NCBI RefSeq assembly: GCF_009834535.1
Contig: NC_045696.1
Location: 32,180,001 to 32,244,000, forward strand
Direction: 5' to 3'
Length of the DNA: 64,000 bases
Source of the DNA: Camelus ferus
Taxonomy: Eukaryota
Position 1 is the stretch's first letter, and each line of letters starts with the position of its first letter. Shown one piece after another: positions 23,060 to 36,660 of this stretch. A program made the translations under genes and the position numbers. A model generated the notes under the pieces. That model was given only the letters and a program-made list of their open reading frames with translations, had not been told where the DNA came from and searched no databases.

Positions 23060-26000
23060 GCTTAAAGCTTCTTTGGCCTAATAGATTTGTTTGAAAAATC
23101 CTGCTACACAAACTTGCATAAATGAGTTTAAATCAGTTTTCCAAAATTATTCAACCATTAAGCATGTTTGTTTCTGTCCAAATTCCTTTTGCCAAGCTAT
23201 GCAGCACTAGAGTTTCTTGAGCACATCTGACAGACAAGTGGTGGACCTTAACTCACAGGCCCAATTACAGAATTCTACAAGAGTCATTGAAAGTCTCAGC
23301 CTTACCATCTACATTTGTAATACATTGGGTGATTGGGGTAGGTAGTCTCTATAAAGACTCCCCAACTTCCAAGTCTGCATGATTTCAATTAGAGATTAAA
23401 TAGTAAACTCTATACTGCTATTAGTGTGGTAGATCTGAGAGGGGAGAGATCAATGTGGATTGTTTGATGTCTGTCTAATTAGATTTGTCCTACAGGAAGA
23501 GAGATTCTTAATAAACATTTCCAGATATTTACTCTAGGACATCAGGTAAATAGGTATTTGATTTATAAGTTGGGCTCCGTGTTAATTTATATTTAACATG
23601 TCAGAATGTCAATATATCTGTTAAAGTGTTAGTGCAGCAAATTAAATTTTGTGTGTTTTTTTGGTTTGTTTTTGTATTTGAAAAATAATTTTATATACAT
23701 TTTATACTAAGAACAGCATCATATTCCTGTCAATTATAGATATGAACTATTCCCAGATCCAGGGTTGATGTAGATCTCCTAACATTTCAGTGAATATATT
23801 CTTGTACTTCGTTCTATTGCAATGTGTAGTATTTACTAATACATGACTGCTAGGTAATTTCGTTATATTCATCTCACTTTATTGTCTTATCTTTAATCTC
23901 CAGAGAATTTGGACTGCTAACTTATTTTTTTTGTTCATTATTGGTATTACCTTTCACATTTGGAGTGATAGGAAAGATTTTGAAAATACTAAATATGCCA
24001 GTATCTTTGTTTGGAATTCCATTTAGATTTTAAAGGGGTTTTAGTATGTGTGTCTTTGGTCTTACATATGGCTGCAGTTGGCAAATTTTCTCTCATAATA
24101 ATTATTTTTCCCCATTTCCCCAACCCCTTTATTATCTACTCTGTCAAATTTATATACCAATGAGTAGAATAATCTTAAAGCTGAAAGATTTTTTCTTTTG
24201 TCCTTTCATCCATCCATTGCCTCTTTCCTTATCATCCATAACAGCCCCTAAGTTTATCATTATCAAGTTTTATCTTCCATGAAATTCATCTATTGTGCTC
24301 ATTTAAAGTGCTTATTTCTGGGCTTCATTCACAAAACTTCCAATTTAATAGGATCTAAATTTTACCCAAGGAATCTGGAATAAACTCTCAAACATAAATT
24401 GGGGAAATGGGAGTTGTAAATAATTGGAGAATGATTTTGCACTAAAAGAAATGGGATCGGTTTCTAGGATACAAGGATTGATGTGGCACAGCGTGACATC
24501 TTCTGCACCATTGTGGTTGGCATTAGTCTTTGTTTGCATGATAGAAGCATCCAAAGGGCATTCTAGGTTGAGAAGGAGAGGAAGCACAATCTATTGCTTG
24601 CTAGATCCGACTGATTGAATTTCTGGATTCTTTATTCTTCCATACTGGAGATCACCTTCAAGAAAGTGAAAAGTCCTGTTTCATCTAGAATTTTGCCCAA
24701 AGCCAAAAGGTATAAAATATATACAGAGTAAAAGTAAGGAGAAAGTATATCAGACTAGGCCAAGGAATCTTAACTTTCTGTCTTTAATCTACCACTTATC
24801 AAATTGTATAACCGTGCATAAATCACTTCACCTTTTTGAACCTTAGCTTCAAAATTTATTACATGGATTAGATAAAATCAAAATGTCTTCCAATTCTTAT
24901 ATACTGAACTTGGAAGTAAGGAAATGATTTAGTTACTATTATTTATTTTCTCTTTATTTTGTAGAAGCAAGATAATATAATTTTATAGGAATTCTGATAT
25001 GATCCTAGCATTCTACGGAAGACTACAAATTACTAATTTTATGAGAGCTTGATACATACTATTTGTTGATATTTAGCATGATATCCTTCTCGTGCGCACA
25101 GCTATTTTCATTACGGCAATGTTTTTGTTTTCATACCACAGTCCTCTTACCTAAAAGTTTCTTGAGTTTATCTGATCCCAAATATAATAGGCAATGGAGT
25201 TCAGTACTGAGGCTATAACATTTAGACACTAAAGCTAGTGAACTGTAGATCTGTACAAATTAACTTTGTTTTCATAAATAAGATGAAATTATGTAATAGA
25301 AGAGCAAAACTCTTAAAGAAGAGGAATTTTAGACTTCAGAGAAAACTCAGTATTCATTACAGCCATAATCAAAGTTTCATGGCAACTAGCAAACATAAAG
25401 TATAGTTATCACAAGTCTAAATGTTGGCTTTTTTTCTCATCTGTTCATAAATACTATTACAACAGTTACTCATTTTTTATCCTGGTAAGCATTTTGGACT
25501 TCATGAGAAAAAAATTTTTTTAAATGGAGGGGGGTGGGAAATCGATGCTTGAAATTTCTGGTTTCTGATGAAGACTATACTCCTCTAAAACACTTAATTT
25601 ATCACCATTATTTTCAACCGGTCACAAGCACAGAAATTCAGCAGGAACTTTGCTGGGATAGAACAGAGCTTAAAAATGTGTGCTTCTTTTGTCCTTCAGT
25701 GCTAAACCAGAAAAAAAACTAAAGAGAATATCAAATATTCATGTTCTCTATAGACAACATAATTTGCCTCCAGGGAGAAGGCACCTGGCATCTTTAAGAG
25801 AATGTTCCTGCAACATACAGAGGAGGGAGAAGGAAGTGTAAAGATATTTTCTCAAAGTGCAATAATCTGAAATGGCACAAGATTTTACATGCAGGGTTTT
25901 AATGTTTTACTTGCATCTAAATGTTTCTCAGGAAGCATGAGGTGAATAAGATAATCATGGGGAATATGTGACTTAGTTAAAATTTCCCTTAGTTTCAGTA

Positions 26001-26599
26001 ACTTGATGTAGAACATGTACTAAATCTCTTAGTAAAAGCCGATACGTATGTAATCCTTCACATGGAGTCAAAAAGAGAGGCTTATATTCTCATCATAAAT
26101 ATGAGTAAACATGGTAATTATAACAACATTTAAATTTAAAGTATCATATTATTTTAATTAGAACATTAAAGTAAATTGAAAGTCTGAAAGCTAAGAGACC
26201 TATCATTGCTGTATTGTTGTGTTGGGTACGTTAATAATTAGTTATTTCAAGTTCCACGTAATTAATTATTTCAATAAGCATTTATTGATCATGTACAAAG
26301 TTGTAGGATACGAAGATAAAGTTAGCAGTTTAATCTTTCATGTTTAGAATGTTCTAAATATTAGAAACTTATTCTTATGTTAAGTCAGATATATCTTTTA
26401 TTATTCCTAGTTTGGACCGTAACTTCTAAGCCAGCCTCATCTTTAAATGAAAAGGTTAGATTAAATCTTCTCTGGGGATCTTTTAAACTTTAATTTTATG
26501 AGTCCATTTGATAGCCCCATAGAATTTTCTTAACTATTTTTGGAGATCTTTCATTATCTGAAAATGTACTAATTTTTCAACATCATCAAATTGACAAAT

Positions 26600-27020
26600 T
26601 GATTGTGTGGGACTAAAAGTACTCAGATATGGTCTTCTCAGAACAGAGTACACTAGAATTCTCTAACTTCCCAAGATTCAGAATAATCATTCATGTAGCC
26701 TGAGACTGATTTAAATTTTTCAGTAGCTCTATCTCTTGTTACATGTTAACAGGAAAAATTCCAAGATGACCCCACTTCCCATAAAATCTTGCCAAGATAC
26801 GCCACTCCTGCTCTGTACTATTACAAATTGTAATATTATTTTTAATATAACCACAAAATTAGCATTATCTATATCAAATTCCATCTCATTCAACTGTGTC
26901 CAACTAGTCTGTTTAAAGTGTTTTTTATTTTGATTGTGTTTCAATTTTATTAACTCCAGTCAATCCTAAAACCAGCTTAGTGTTATCTAAAATTTTGGTA
27001 AACCTGTTTTGTCTTCATTC
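26600..27020 (-). mobile_element. Ancient L3/CR1 LINE remnant
   Basis: agtactcagatatggtcttctcagaacagagtaca...atgtagcctgagactgattta...ctctgtactattacaaattg...aaattccatctc follows the order of antisense L3 motifs as I recall them. Confidence 0.5.
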
Positions 27021-30000
27021 TAAATTCTTGAATATTTCTTTTAAGAAGTATCAAAGAATCCTTGTATCTTCTGCCCCACTGCTCCCCTACCATTCATTCG
27101 GCATTTCTGGAGCTATTGTTTAACCCACTGTACCTAGCAACCATACATTCCCCCACCCATTCTAATATAGAGCATAGTGTGCTCCCTCTCTTCAAATAAT
27201 TTGTAAAAGAAATTTTGTTACTGATTGCTAAAGATAGTATTTTCAGCCAGTGTATCAACCCCCAGTTTCTCAGCTCTTCTCTCCTGTAATTATTTTCTAC
27301 TGAAATGCTCTGCACACGGGGCAACGTGGCAGCCTAGGGATGGAAATTTTAAAGTGACAGCATAGGTTTCACATTCTTAAGCTTTTTTGGGAAGCAGGGG
27401 ACCAGAGCAATAGAGAGTCTACCTTAAAGTATGTCTATCATTGCTCATCTTTGAAGTTTAGAATTGAATTTTTATTTATTTCTTACTGTTTTTCTCATTG
27501 CTCTGCTTCTCCTCCTGCTTTCCTGCTGACTAAGGGAGCTAGAAGCAATTCACTCAGTCACCATGGCTCCTTGAGATACAGTTACACATTCTCTCCTAGG
27601 GCTTCTGCTGCTCTACATTTTTTTTTCCCAGGTAAAACACTGTTCCACAATTTAAAAAAAATTCCCAAGTGATGGCTTCATGGTTTTCTTGTAATACTGT
27701 TTCTTTTCCACTCCAGGATCTAAGTGTGCTTTTGAAATAGCTGTAAAGCTAAAGTGATTTTGGTTACTATTTTAAATCACATTTGTTCTACATGTCTAAT
27801 TAAGTTCTGCTTGTCTACATAACTGATCAGTCATAGGTTACCTCATTAAACAGGGCAGAGCACTCTTTCAAGCTTGCAATCATTAGTATGGCTATATATT
27901 ATTTTCTTATAACATTTTTCTTCTTACCTTGTTGCTGAATATTAAAAATTTGACAAAAAAATGCCTTATTTCTCATAATCAGTTAAAAAAACTACTTCCA
28001 ACCAAAACTAGGATTTATCTTCTTATGAATGTAGTAGATTGGAAAGTTGACGAACAAGTTAAATATCATTAGCTCACCCTTAGCATCTATAGGATCTTTT
28101 CTGTAAATGTTACCAAAATATATTTAAAACATAAATAACATAGTCAAGATTTAAAATGAATTTGGATCTTTAACTTGAAATTTTATTTTCCTTAAAATCC
28201 TGAGATGCAGTAGACTTAAAAATACTCTGAAATGAATCTCTTGCAGCTGCACAGATCTTTTAAGTAAGAATTGTCACAGATAACAAGAAATGGGAAAATC
28301 CTCATCAACTGCATTTTTAGAATCAGCTTTTTTTTTAAGTACATGTAATTCAAAAATTATTTTCAGTGGTGTCATATGTAAATTAGATCCTGTATAAAGT
28401 GGTCTTAAAAAATCAAATAGGGTTGTTATATACTTTTGTCAAGTGCAATTCAATCTAACTACTGAACATTAGGAAAAATCTCAGGCAAAGAATAAAATGT
28501 CATCCAGATCAACAAACTAGTCAAATACTATTTTATGATGCTAGTCTTCTGCAGTTGTTTTGTAATAGCTCATTATTCTGTCAAGACATGGTATCAGATA
28601 TACAGCCCTCCAAAAGATAAAAAGCAGACCATTTAAGTATCTTAAAATGTAATATGTTATAGTGTTAAACCTAAATTTTCTTGATCAGTTATCAGTCTAA
28701 TATCTTACATGAGCATGTTTCATCTTAGAAGCATTATCCTATTAAAATCATCAAATGTAATATAGTAGACACTAATACAAGAAATGCATGTATCTAATCC
28801 ATTTTATTAACAGTACTTTTTAAAAAAAAGTCTCAAACTTTTTTTTTTTTTCAGAATTGCAGGACTTGAGCTTCGAAGTATGTTTCTAAAATTATAGTTA
28901 GGGGTGAGTGAACACTATAATTTGATGAAGTTGCTGAGTTTAATCGGATATTTAATCTTTGGTTGGACAGCTTCAATTATACAATACTTAGGTGATGCTT
29001 GAGTGAATAGGATTGGGGATTTTATTATATACAGATGCTTGAGTCCGTATTTCAGTATGTTGATGATATTCACAGTTGAATTATGTGAGGTTGTGAGTGG
29101 TGAAGGGGTAGAGGGAAAATGATTCATTCCTTCCTTACAGTTATAAGATGAGTCCTACAGAGTCCATTAACCTCATCAGGAGTTGTTCCTATTGGAACAC
29201 AGGCCTGCCCTAGTAGTTGAAGACTGCTGGAGCAATGCCCTTGCTTCTTAAAGTCACATAGGTCTTTGTATGGAGGGCATACAAAGTCACATGGCTTTGT
29301 AAGGAGGGCAGTCTATTAAGGAAGTTGATGCTGTTTTACAAGGAAATGAACACAGGAAATGGAATGGGAAGCAAATTACTATAACCAATAAATTACTGAG
29401 TTGACTTAATGATTTATAGAGGATTGCATATAGTTTCTTAAAGACTTTACATGACATGCTCAAATAGAAGAACTTCTTCCTTCCTTTCTCTCCCCCATAT
29501 TTCAAAGGAGTCAATAATTAATTATCATATGGTACCTGGGATAAGCTAGTTATTACACTTAAACACAGGTTTAAATAGAGTCACTTCATTGGTGGTAATT
29601 TTTCTTTCACTGGCTCTTGCTTTTCTTCCTGTTAGAGGGTCCTTGGCCTTGCAGTGTCCCTGACAATGATTTCTGGGAGTTCTATATATCACCTGTGCTG
29701 AGTAATTCTTCTAGTTGCCAGGACACCTACAGTTTCTTACTCACCTGCTAACCTCACTTTCTTGGTACTGTCTGCTAATGTGCCTGTTATCTCTGCAGAC
29801 TTTGTATCTGTGGATGCTGTACATGGATGCCTGGTTCTGCCTGTGAAGCCTCGTGGTACTTCATTCCATGAGATATCACTGCTGCCTTTTCAAGGCCCTA
29901 TGAACCCTGGCAAATATCGCTCCATTTCTAGCATTAACCAGTGTGAGGAACTGATCAAAACTTTCCATTTCCTAAGTAATGTCTTGCCATGTACACTCCA

Positions 30001-30472
30001 GTTGTACCTGAGCCCTCTGGATATATGAAGCAGAGTTGAGGTTTACCACAAGGCACAATATTCTTTGTTGCAAGAAAGATAAATCATTAAACTTTGTGTA
30101 GAGAAGTTTGTGAGTTTTAACACTTTCTCTTTTAAATCATAGCTTTCTTTCCCCCTAGGAGGGACCAGAGGAAGAATATGTGAATATATTCAGAATCTTA
30201 GTCCACATCCAAAGACCAAAAATTAGTTTTCTATAATTGGGTCAAATATTTTTCTTTTCTTCAAGTATATTATCTTTGAGGAAGCTTCTGGGTCTCTAAT
30301 GTACATAGACTAGTGGGCTTCATTACCAGCTTTTCAGACACACAGGCATATCTGAATCCCTGGGTTAGATATAACCTAGCCTACAACTGCTGACCACATT
30401 ACAGTTTGAAGGAGGCATTTGTTTAGAGAGATGAGGAGATAAGCCTAAGAGGGTTTTTTGGTCTGTTGACTG

Positions 30473-31070
30473 GTTTTAATTGAAATATAGTTGACAATCA
30501 ACATGGTGTAAGTTTAAGGTGTATTACATGTTGATTTGATAAATTTATATATCGCCATAGCATTAGCTAACACATCTACCATGTCACATAATTATCACTT
30601 CTTTCTTGTGGTGAGAGCATTTAAGATTTGTCTCTCAGCAACTTTTGAGGTTTATAATACAGTATTGTTGATTGTAATCACTATGCCATGCATTAGATCT
30701 TCAGAACTTAACAATTCATCTTCTAACTACAAGTTCATACCCTTTAACAATATCTCCCCAATTCCCCATGCCCAGGTCTCTGGTAATGACCATTCTACTC
30801 TCTATTTCTATGAGTTTGGCTTGCTAAGATTCCACATATAAGTGACATTTTAGAGTATTTTTGTCTTTCTCTGACTTAGCTCACTCAACATAATGTCCTC
30901 AAGGTCCATGCATGTTGTTACAAATGGCAGGATTTCCTTCTTTCTCGTGTTTATGTAATATTCCATTTTACATATATACTACATATTCTCTATCCATTCA
31001 TCCATTGATGGGATATTTAGATTTTCATATCTTGGTTATTGTGAATAATGCTGCATTAAACATGGGGTGC
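30473..31070 (-). mobile_element. 5'-truncated L1 3' end (L1MA9-like)
   Basis: ttttaattgaaatatagttgaca...gtggtgagagcatttaagat...accattctactctctatttctatgagttt...agattccacatataagtga...ccatgcatgttgttacaaatggcaggatttcc...tgtgaataatgctgcattaaacatggggtgc. Confidence 0.85.
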
Positions 31071-32634
31071 TTCTTAATAGAAGAATGGAATATAAACCAC
31101 TAGCAATTAATAATTAACATGTTCATGATGCTATTTATTTAACATAAAGTCTTAAGTAAGTCTGGCAAATGTTTGTATGCAATTTAATCACGGGTGGTTT
31201 ATCCAGAAAATTCCTGAATTGTTGACATTTTGTGTGATTTATTAAAGAGGAGTAAAATACACGCTTTGGACACCGGAGGTGCATGAGATGGTATTGCTAG
31301 TATGTTGCAAAAATCTTGGAGCCTGATTTTTATTCTTACTCAGAAATCAGAATGGCAATGGAATTCTAATTTTTTTTTTTTTTTTTACTGTTTTAAGTGG
31401 CCTGTGCTGTTTTCTCATAATATAAAGTTTAATTTGGCTTTGAGCACCCATCCTTACTATTCCTATGCCATAGACTTTAGATAAAATGTCATTTCATCTT
31501 CTTTTAGATACTGTGCTGTGACATTTCTGTTGGAATATTATTTATTGGAATATTATTAAAGCAATAAACATGTGTATTATAGATAAAGAGAAAATTTTAT
31601 AAATTTATAAATGTTCCTGGGAAAACAAAAATAATTGATGTGGCATTTGCATTATTAAAGCAGTTCATAATTTATTACAATTATAAGCACAGAGACCATA
31701 GGAAAAGATTCTGATATTCAACATACCTAATCATGACTGGAAAGAAGGAACATTTCCCTTTTATCCTCCTGCTGGTCTTTGCATCTCTCTTGTAGTGTAT
31801 AACGGGAAACAATGAGGAACAGTGCTCCTTCCCAGTTTCAAAGAAGCCCCTTCTCCAGAGGAGTAAGAAAGAGCTGTAATATTTGGAGAAGAGTTCATTG
31901 GTGACAGAACATGCTGATTTTTCACACTGACTTTAAAGTAGGGAAGCACCAAGCTTCAAAAACCAGAAATATTTTAGTAATTTACGTTGTGGCCATTCTT
32001 GACCTGTATTTGGGCTGCTGTGAGCTGAATTTCCTGTATTTCTATTTATAGCATAAGTGAAGGTATCTAGGACTTCAAATTGCTGCATTATTTTGCCAGA
32101 TTTTCCTTGCACCACCTCCTACACCAGTGTATTTTACTTTAAAGAAAAAAAAAAAAAGAAAAAGAAAGGAAAAAGCACATATAAATGTTTCCATAAAGTA
32201 ATCAAGACTTTGTTCATAGGTATTATGAGTTAACAATATGGTAACCTAGAACTCATTTCTGAACAATTCAAATATAGAATACGGGCTGTGTGCATTCTAT
32301 TGCTGGGCAACAGTGGACAGTCCTCAATTTCCTAGGAAACAGAATCTTAAATGGGAAAGGCTACCTTGGAAATGTTCAGGGTAAATAAAAAGCACTTACA
32401 ATGAATATACTTATGTGAGTTTATGGAGGAATATATTCCCAATGGATAGTTTTAATATCTTCTGGCTAGTTAAGTCTGTGTTGCAGGAGAGGAAGGAGTG
32501 GGGACTAAAAATCAGAGATTTTAGAGACTAGGAAGAGAGTCTCCTGGCAGTTTGTAAGAAAAGACTGAGAGCCTCTAAAAATAAATTACGTACATATAAG
32601 GAGGGAGGAATTTCAATGCAACTATAAATAAAAT

Positions 32635-33585
32635 CTCATACATTCACTCACTCATTTACTCACCTGCTTAAGAAATAATTATTGACCGTCTGTAAAAAAT
32701 ATAAAAAATTCAGTGTGCTAGTCTCCTATATAATTCATTGTGAAGGAATAAAAGATAAATAATCCTAGCATCTTGTCTGCAAGCACCTTTCAATATATAC
32801 AAGAAAATGGTACATTCCCAAATAAGAATACTTTAAAAGGAAGTTGTCAAATGTTATAAGGAAGACACAGAGTAATTGCATTGATGTTCAGTGGAAGGTG
32901 TAATGAATTCTAACTTTCATTGAATTGGAAACAGGGTAATTCCCATGGAAGAGAAAATATTAATTTTGGCTCTAAATGACGAGTAGGCTTTGGATATCTG
33001 GCACGGGGAGAGGCATCCCACTTGAATATAAGGAAAGACATATAATGTGTAGGAACGTTGAATAGTTGAAAGAAGCCAGTGCTTGAATTACATTAGTGAG
33101 TTGACCTCAGTGGATGGAGAGCAGGTGGAAGAGGGAAGATAAGGAACTGGGATACCTTGTTAGGAAGGCTGTGTAATTTTTGAAAGGAAGTGGGATTCAC
33201 AAATGATTTTTTAACAAGAGAGAATTGTTTTGGCAGAACAGAGGTCTGGTGAGTCAGGGAAGTGGGATTATATTAATCCAAACAAAACTACAGGAGCTAC
33301 TGAAGTAAAAATGGGTGAATTGGGAATAGAGAACAGGAGTGAGTTAAGGAACATTTTGAAAGTGATATAAGACAGAGCAAATGATAATATGTAAACAAAG
33401 ATGAGCAGATGAAAATAATTAAAAGACAGGGATTTTCCACTTAGCATTCCAGAGCAATAAAACTAATAGTATCAGAAAAGGAAATAGCTGAGGAGGAACA
33501 GGTTTGAAAGAGAAGTCACTTTCTTCAGTTTGCAGCATCCTGGTTTGAGGTATTAGTGAACCATCCAAGATGAGCTTCTCAATGC
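32635..33585 (-). mobile_element. L2 LINE remnant
   Basis: Begins cattcactcactcatttactca...attattga (antisense L2 3' end), followed by a purine-rich L2 antisense body (ggaggaacaggtttg...ttcagtttg...tttgaggta). A further L2 end starts near 33625. Confidence 0.55.
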
Positions 33586-34429
33586 ATATTATAAAAGAGG
33601 CAATGTGTTTGGACATAGGTCCCTTATTCACTTATTTCACAAATAAATGTTATGCCCTATTATGTGATAGGCACTATGCTAAGCTCTTGGGAAGTGATTA
33701 AAAGATGTAAATATCTTCTATATATGAATCTAATGGAAGATGTATCCCTCTAAACAGTCAATTATAATTCAGTATGTGTAGGTTAGGATTTGGAAATCTG
33801 TAGAGTTCAATGGAAACAAGCATGTGGGAAGTTCAGCCTTGGCCCATCGAGGAACTTGCTATGGCAGATAGCTGAAGAACCTGTAAGAGTCAACTAAGGC
33901 AGAATAGGGATGGGAAATGTGAGGGAAAATGGTCAGAAAGTGTAGCATATATATTCCACATTCAACATATAACTTGTCAAAGCTGGAGAAAATCATTAGC
34001 CTTTCATAGGTGTTCAGGTAAGTCTTAAGTTTGGATAATTTTAAAAAGGCAAAGAATTATGAGAAATAGAAGAGACTTAAGGTAGGTATATCCTTTCTGA
34101 GTATCCACGTAAGGTACAAGAAGTAGGAGGAGGAAAAGCAGAAGTGAAGACAGGGAGGAAGAAGTAGCCGGGGAAGTAATTTAACAACTGACTGTCATAA
34201 GGAAGATATGAGTTGATCATGCTATCACTGTCCCGTTTTACAAGGGCAGAGCATTAGCTGAGAATTTGTATTGGTACTGACACAAGATAACATTAGGCTC
34301 CTAAATAAAGTCTATAGCATACAGGGATGTGTGTTGAAAGTTGAGATAGAGAGGTTGAAAGGTTTTGCAAAGAAGAAAAGTGAGTATGTATGTGATTATT
34401 TTATGAGTTTTGGCAATAAAAGGAAGAAT

Positions 34430-35250
34430 GAAAGAAGATCTACAAATGACTAAACAGCACCTGAAAAGATGTACAATATCACTAATCATTAGGAAAATGC
34501 AAACCAAAATCACAATGATGTAACATTTCAGAGCCATTAGGATGACTATTTAAAAAAAAAATAAGAGAGAAAATAACAGGTGTTGATGAGGATGTGGAGA
34601 AATTGGAACCCCTGTGCATTGCTGATGAGATTATAAAATGTTTTCCATTTCTACTGTGGAAAATGGTATGGTAGTTCCAAAGAATTAAACATGAATTACC
34701 ATATGAACCATCAATTTCACTTCTCAGTCTATACCCCAAATAATAGAAAGCAGAATTGAGACAAATATTTGTTTATTTATGTCCATCACAACATTATTCA
34801 CCAAAAGTTGGAAACAACCTAAATGTTCAATAGATAAATTAAAAAACATAGTATATACATACAATGAAATATTAACCTTTAAAGGAATGAAATTCTGATA
34901 TATGCTACAACATGGATAAATCTTTAAGACATTATGCTAAGTGAAATAAGCCAGATGCAAAGGGACTAATATTGTATGATTCCATTTAGAGGTACTTAAA
35001 ATAGTCCAATTTATAGAGAGAGAAATTAGAATAGAGTTTCTGAGGGGTTAGAGAGTGAGGAAAAGGCGGAGTTATGTTTAATGGTTACAGAATTTCGTTC
35101 TGAAACTCCAAAAACATTCTGAAGATGGATGGTGGTGATAATTGCATATAAATGACAATATATTGAATGCCACTGAACTGTACACTGTGAAGTTGCTAAA
35201 ACTAAATTTTGTAGCATGTATATTTTACCTCAGTAATACAATTCTGAAAA
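34430..35250 (+). mobile_element. 5'-truncated old L1 (L1MB-like): ORF2 end plus 3' UTR
   Basis: aaagaagatctacaaatg...aaaagatgtacaatatcactaatcattaggaaaatgcaaaccaaaatcacaatg...gaggatgtggagaaattggaaccc...ttatgctaagtgaaataagccag...aatgccactgaactgtacact. Confidence 0.85.
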
Positions 35251-36297
35251 ATGAATAGAAGGCAGATTAAGTGGGAGCTTGAGGATATGTAAATTTAAGA
35301 AGAAATTATTATAGAATTTGAATCAGAAAGAACTAACCATGTTTTTAAGTTGTGGAGTAATTTAAAAAGAAAAAAGAAAAAGTAGTGAGGATGGATCTTT
35401 AGAAGAAATCAAGCTGAAATACAAAACACAAGCCTTTTATTAGGCAATTAGGACATAACTAGATAATTAATTAAGACCCAAAATAATAAATGTGGGATTA
35501 GCTAGTTTATTACACCAGCTGTGGCATATATTAATATGGTCAGCATCTATTTTGTGTGGTTTTCATTTAACCATTTTTTTTTTTTATTACTCTTCAGTTT
35601 TTCCATTTAGTTCAGCAACATGCTGGGTTTTGGGCAATGACTCAGGGAAGAGTTAGGAGGAGGAGGAAGTGGCTCCAATCAAGTTACTTAAAAAAAATCA
35701 AAACAAAGCAAAAACCCTCTGATGGTTTTGTTATGCAAACAGTTTATCCATAAGTACCAACTGTCATAGCAAAAAGCCATCCCCCAAAGGTGACAAAGGT
35801 TTCATGTATAAATTCTTTTTCTCCATAACCAGAGTGCCCATATAATTTATCCTCTGAATCAGGACACTTGGGAGTGAAAAAGGATGACAAAGATGCTATA
35901 AATACATACACTGAGACATCACGCATAAACTGGCGCAGTCCCTAAAGAAATTTGGTACTCTACTTAAGGCTAATTTTGAGGATTATCAAGGATCTAAAGT
36001 AAAGATTCAGGATGTCTGTGTTTAAAACCTCAGCCATTTAATAGTTTAGTGAACCATGAATTACTCAAGCTGGAGGGCTACTCTGACAACATTAACATTG
36101 TGTAAAATTCTTGTTATGAGGGAGAAAATGAAGAGGTAAGGATGGTACCATATTAGACTCCAAACCTTGGATTTCTAAAGAAACAGGAAGCAAAGATTCT
36201 AATTGCTTATCATAGTTGATGTGTTTTTAAATAAATAAATACTTGTGGTACAGTAGAGTGGCGATTATATGTATAATTTTGGTAAGCTTCTTCACCA

Positions 36298-36660
36298 TGT
36301 CTTGGTTAAGGCTGCTATAATAGAACACGATAGACTTGGTGACTTACAAACAACAGAAATTATTTCTCACAGTTCTGGAGAAGGAAATCTGAAATCAAAG
36401 TACCAGCCTGGTAGGGTCTGGTGAGAACCTTCTTCTGGATTGCAAATGGCTGTTTTCTCATTGTATCCTGACATGGTGGAATGAGAGTGAGAGAGTGCTC
36501 ACTGGAGTCATTTTTGTAAGAGTACTAATCCCACTCATGTGAGTGCCACTCTCATGACCTGATCACTTCCCAAAGGTCCCACCTCCTAATACCATCACAT
36601 TGGGGGTTAGGATTTCAACATGTGAACTTTGGGGAGACACAAACATTCAGTCTATTACTC
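36298..36660 (-). mobile_element. MaLR solo LTR (MLT1A0-like)
   Basis: tgtcttggttaaggctgctataatagaacac...aacaacagaaattatttctcacagttctggag...cccaaaggtcccacctcctaataccatcacattgggggttaggatttcaacat...aaacattcagtcta; near-TSD CACCA/CACAA. Confidence 0.9.
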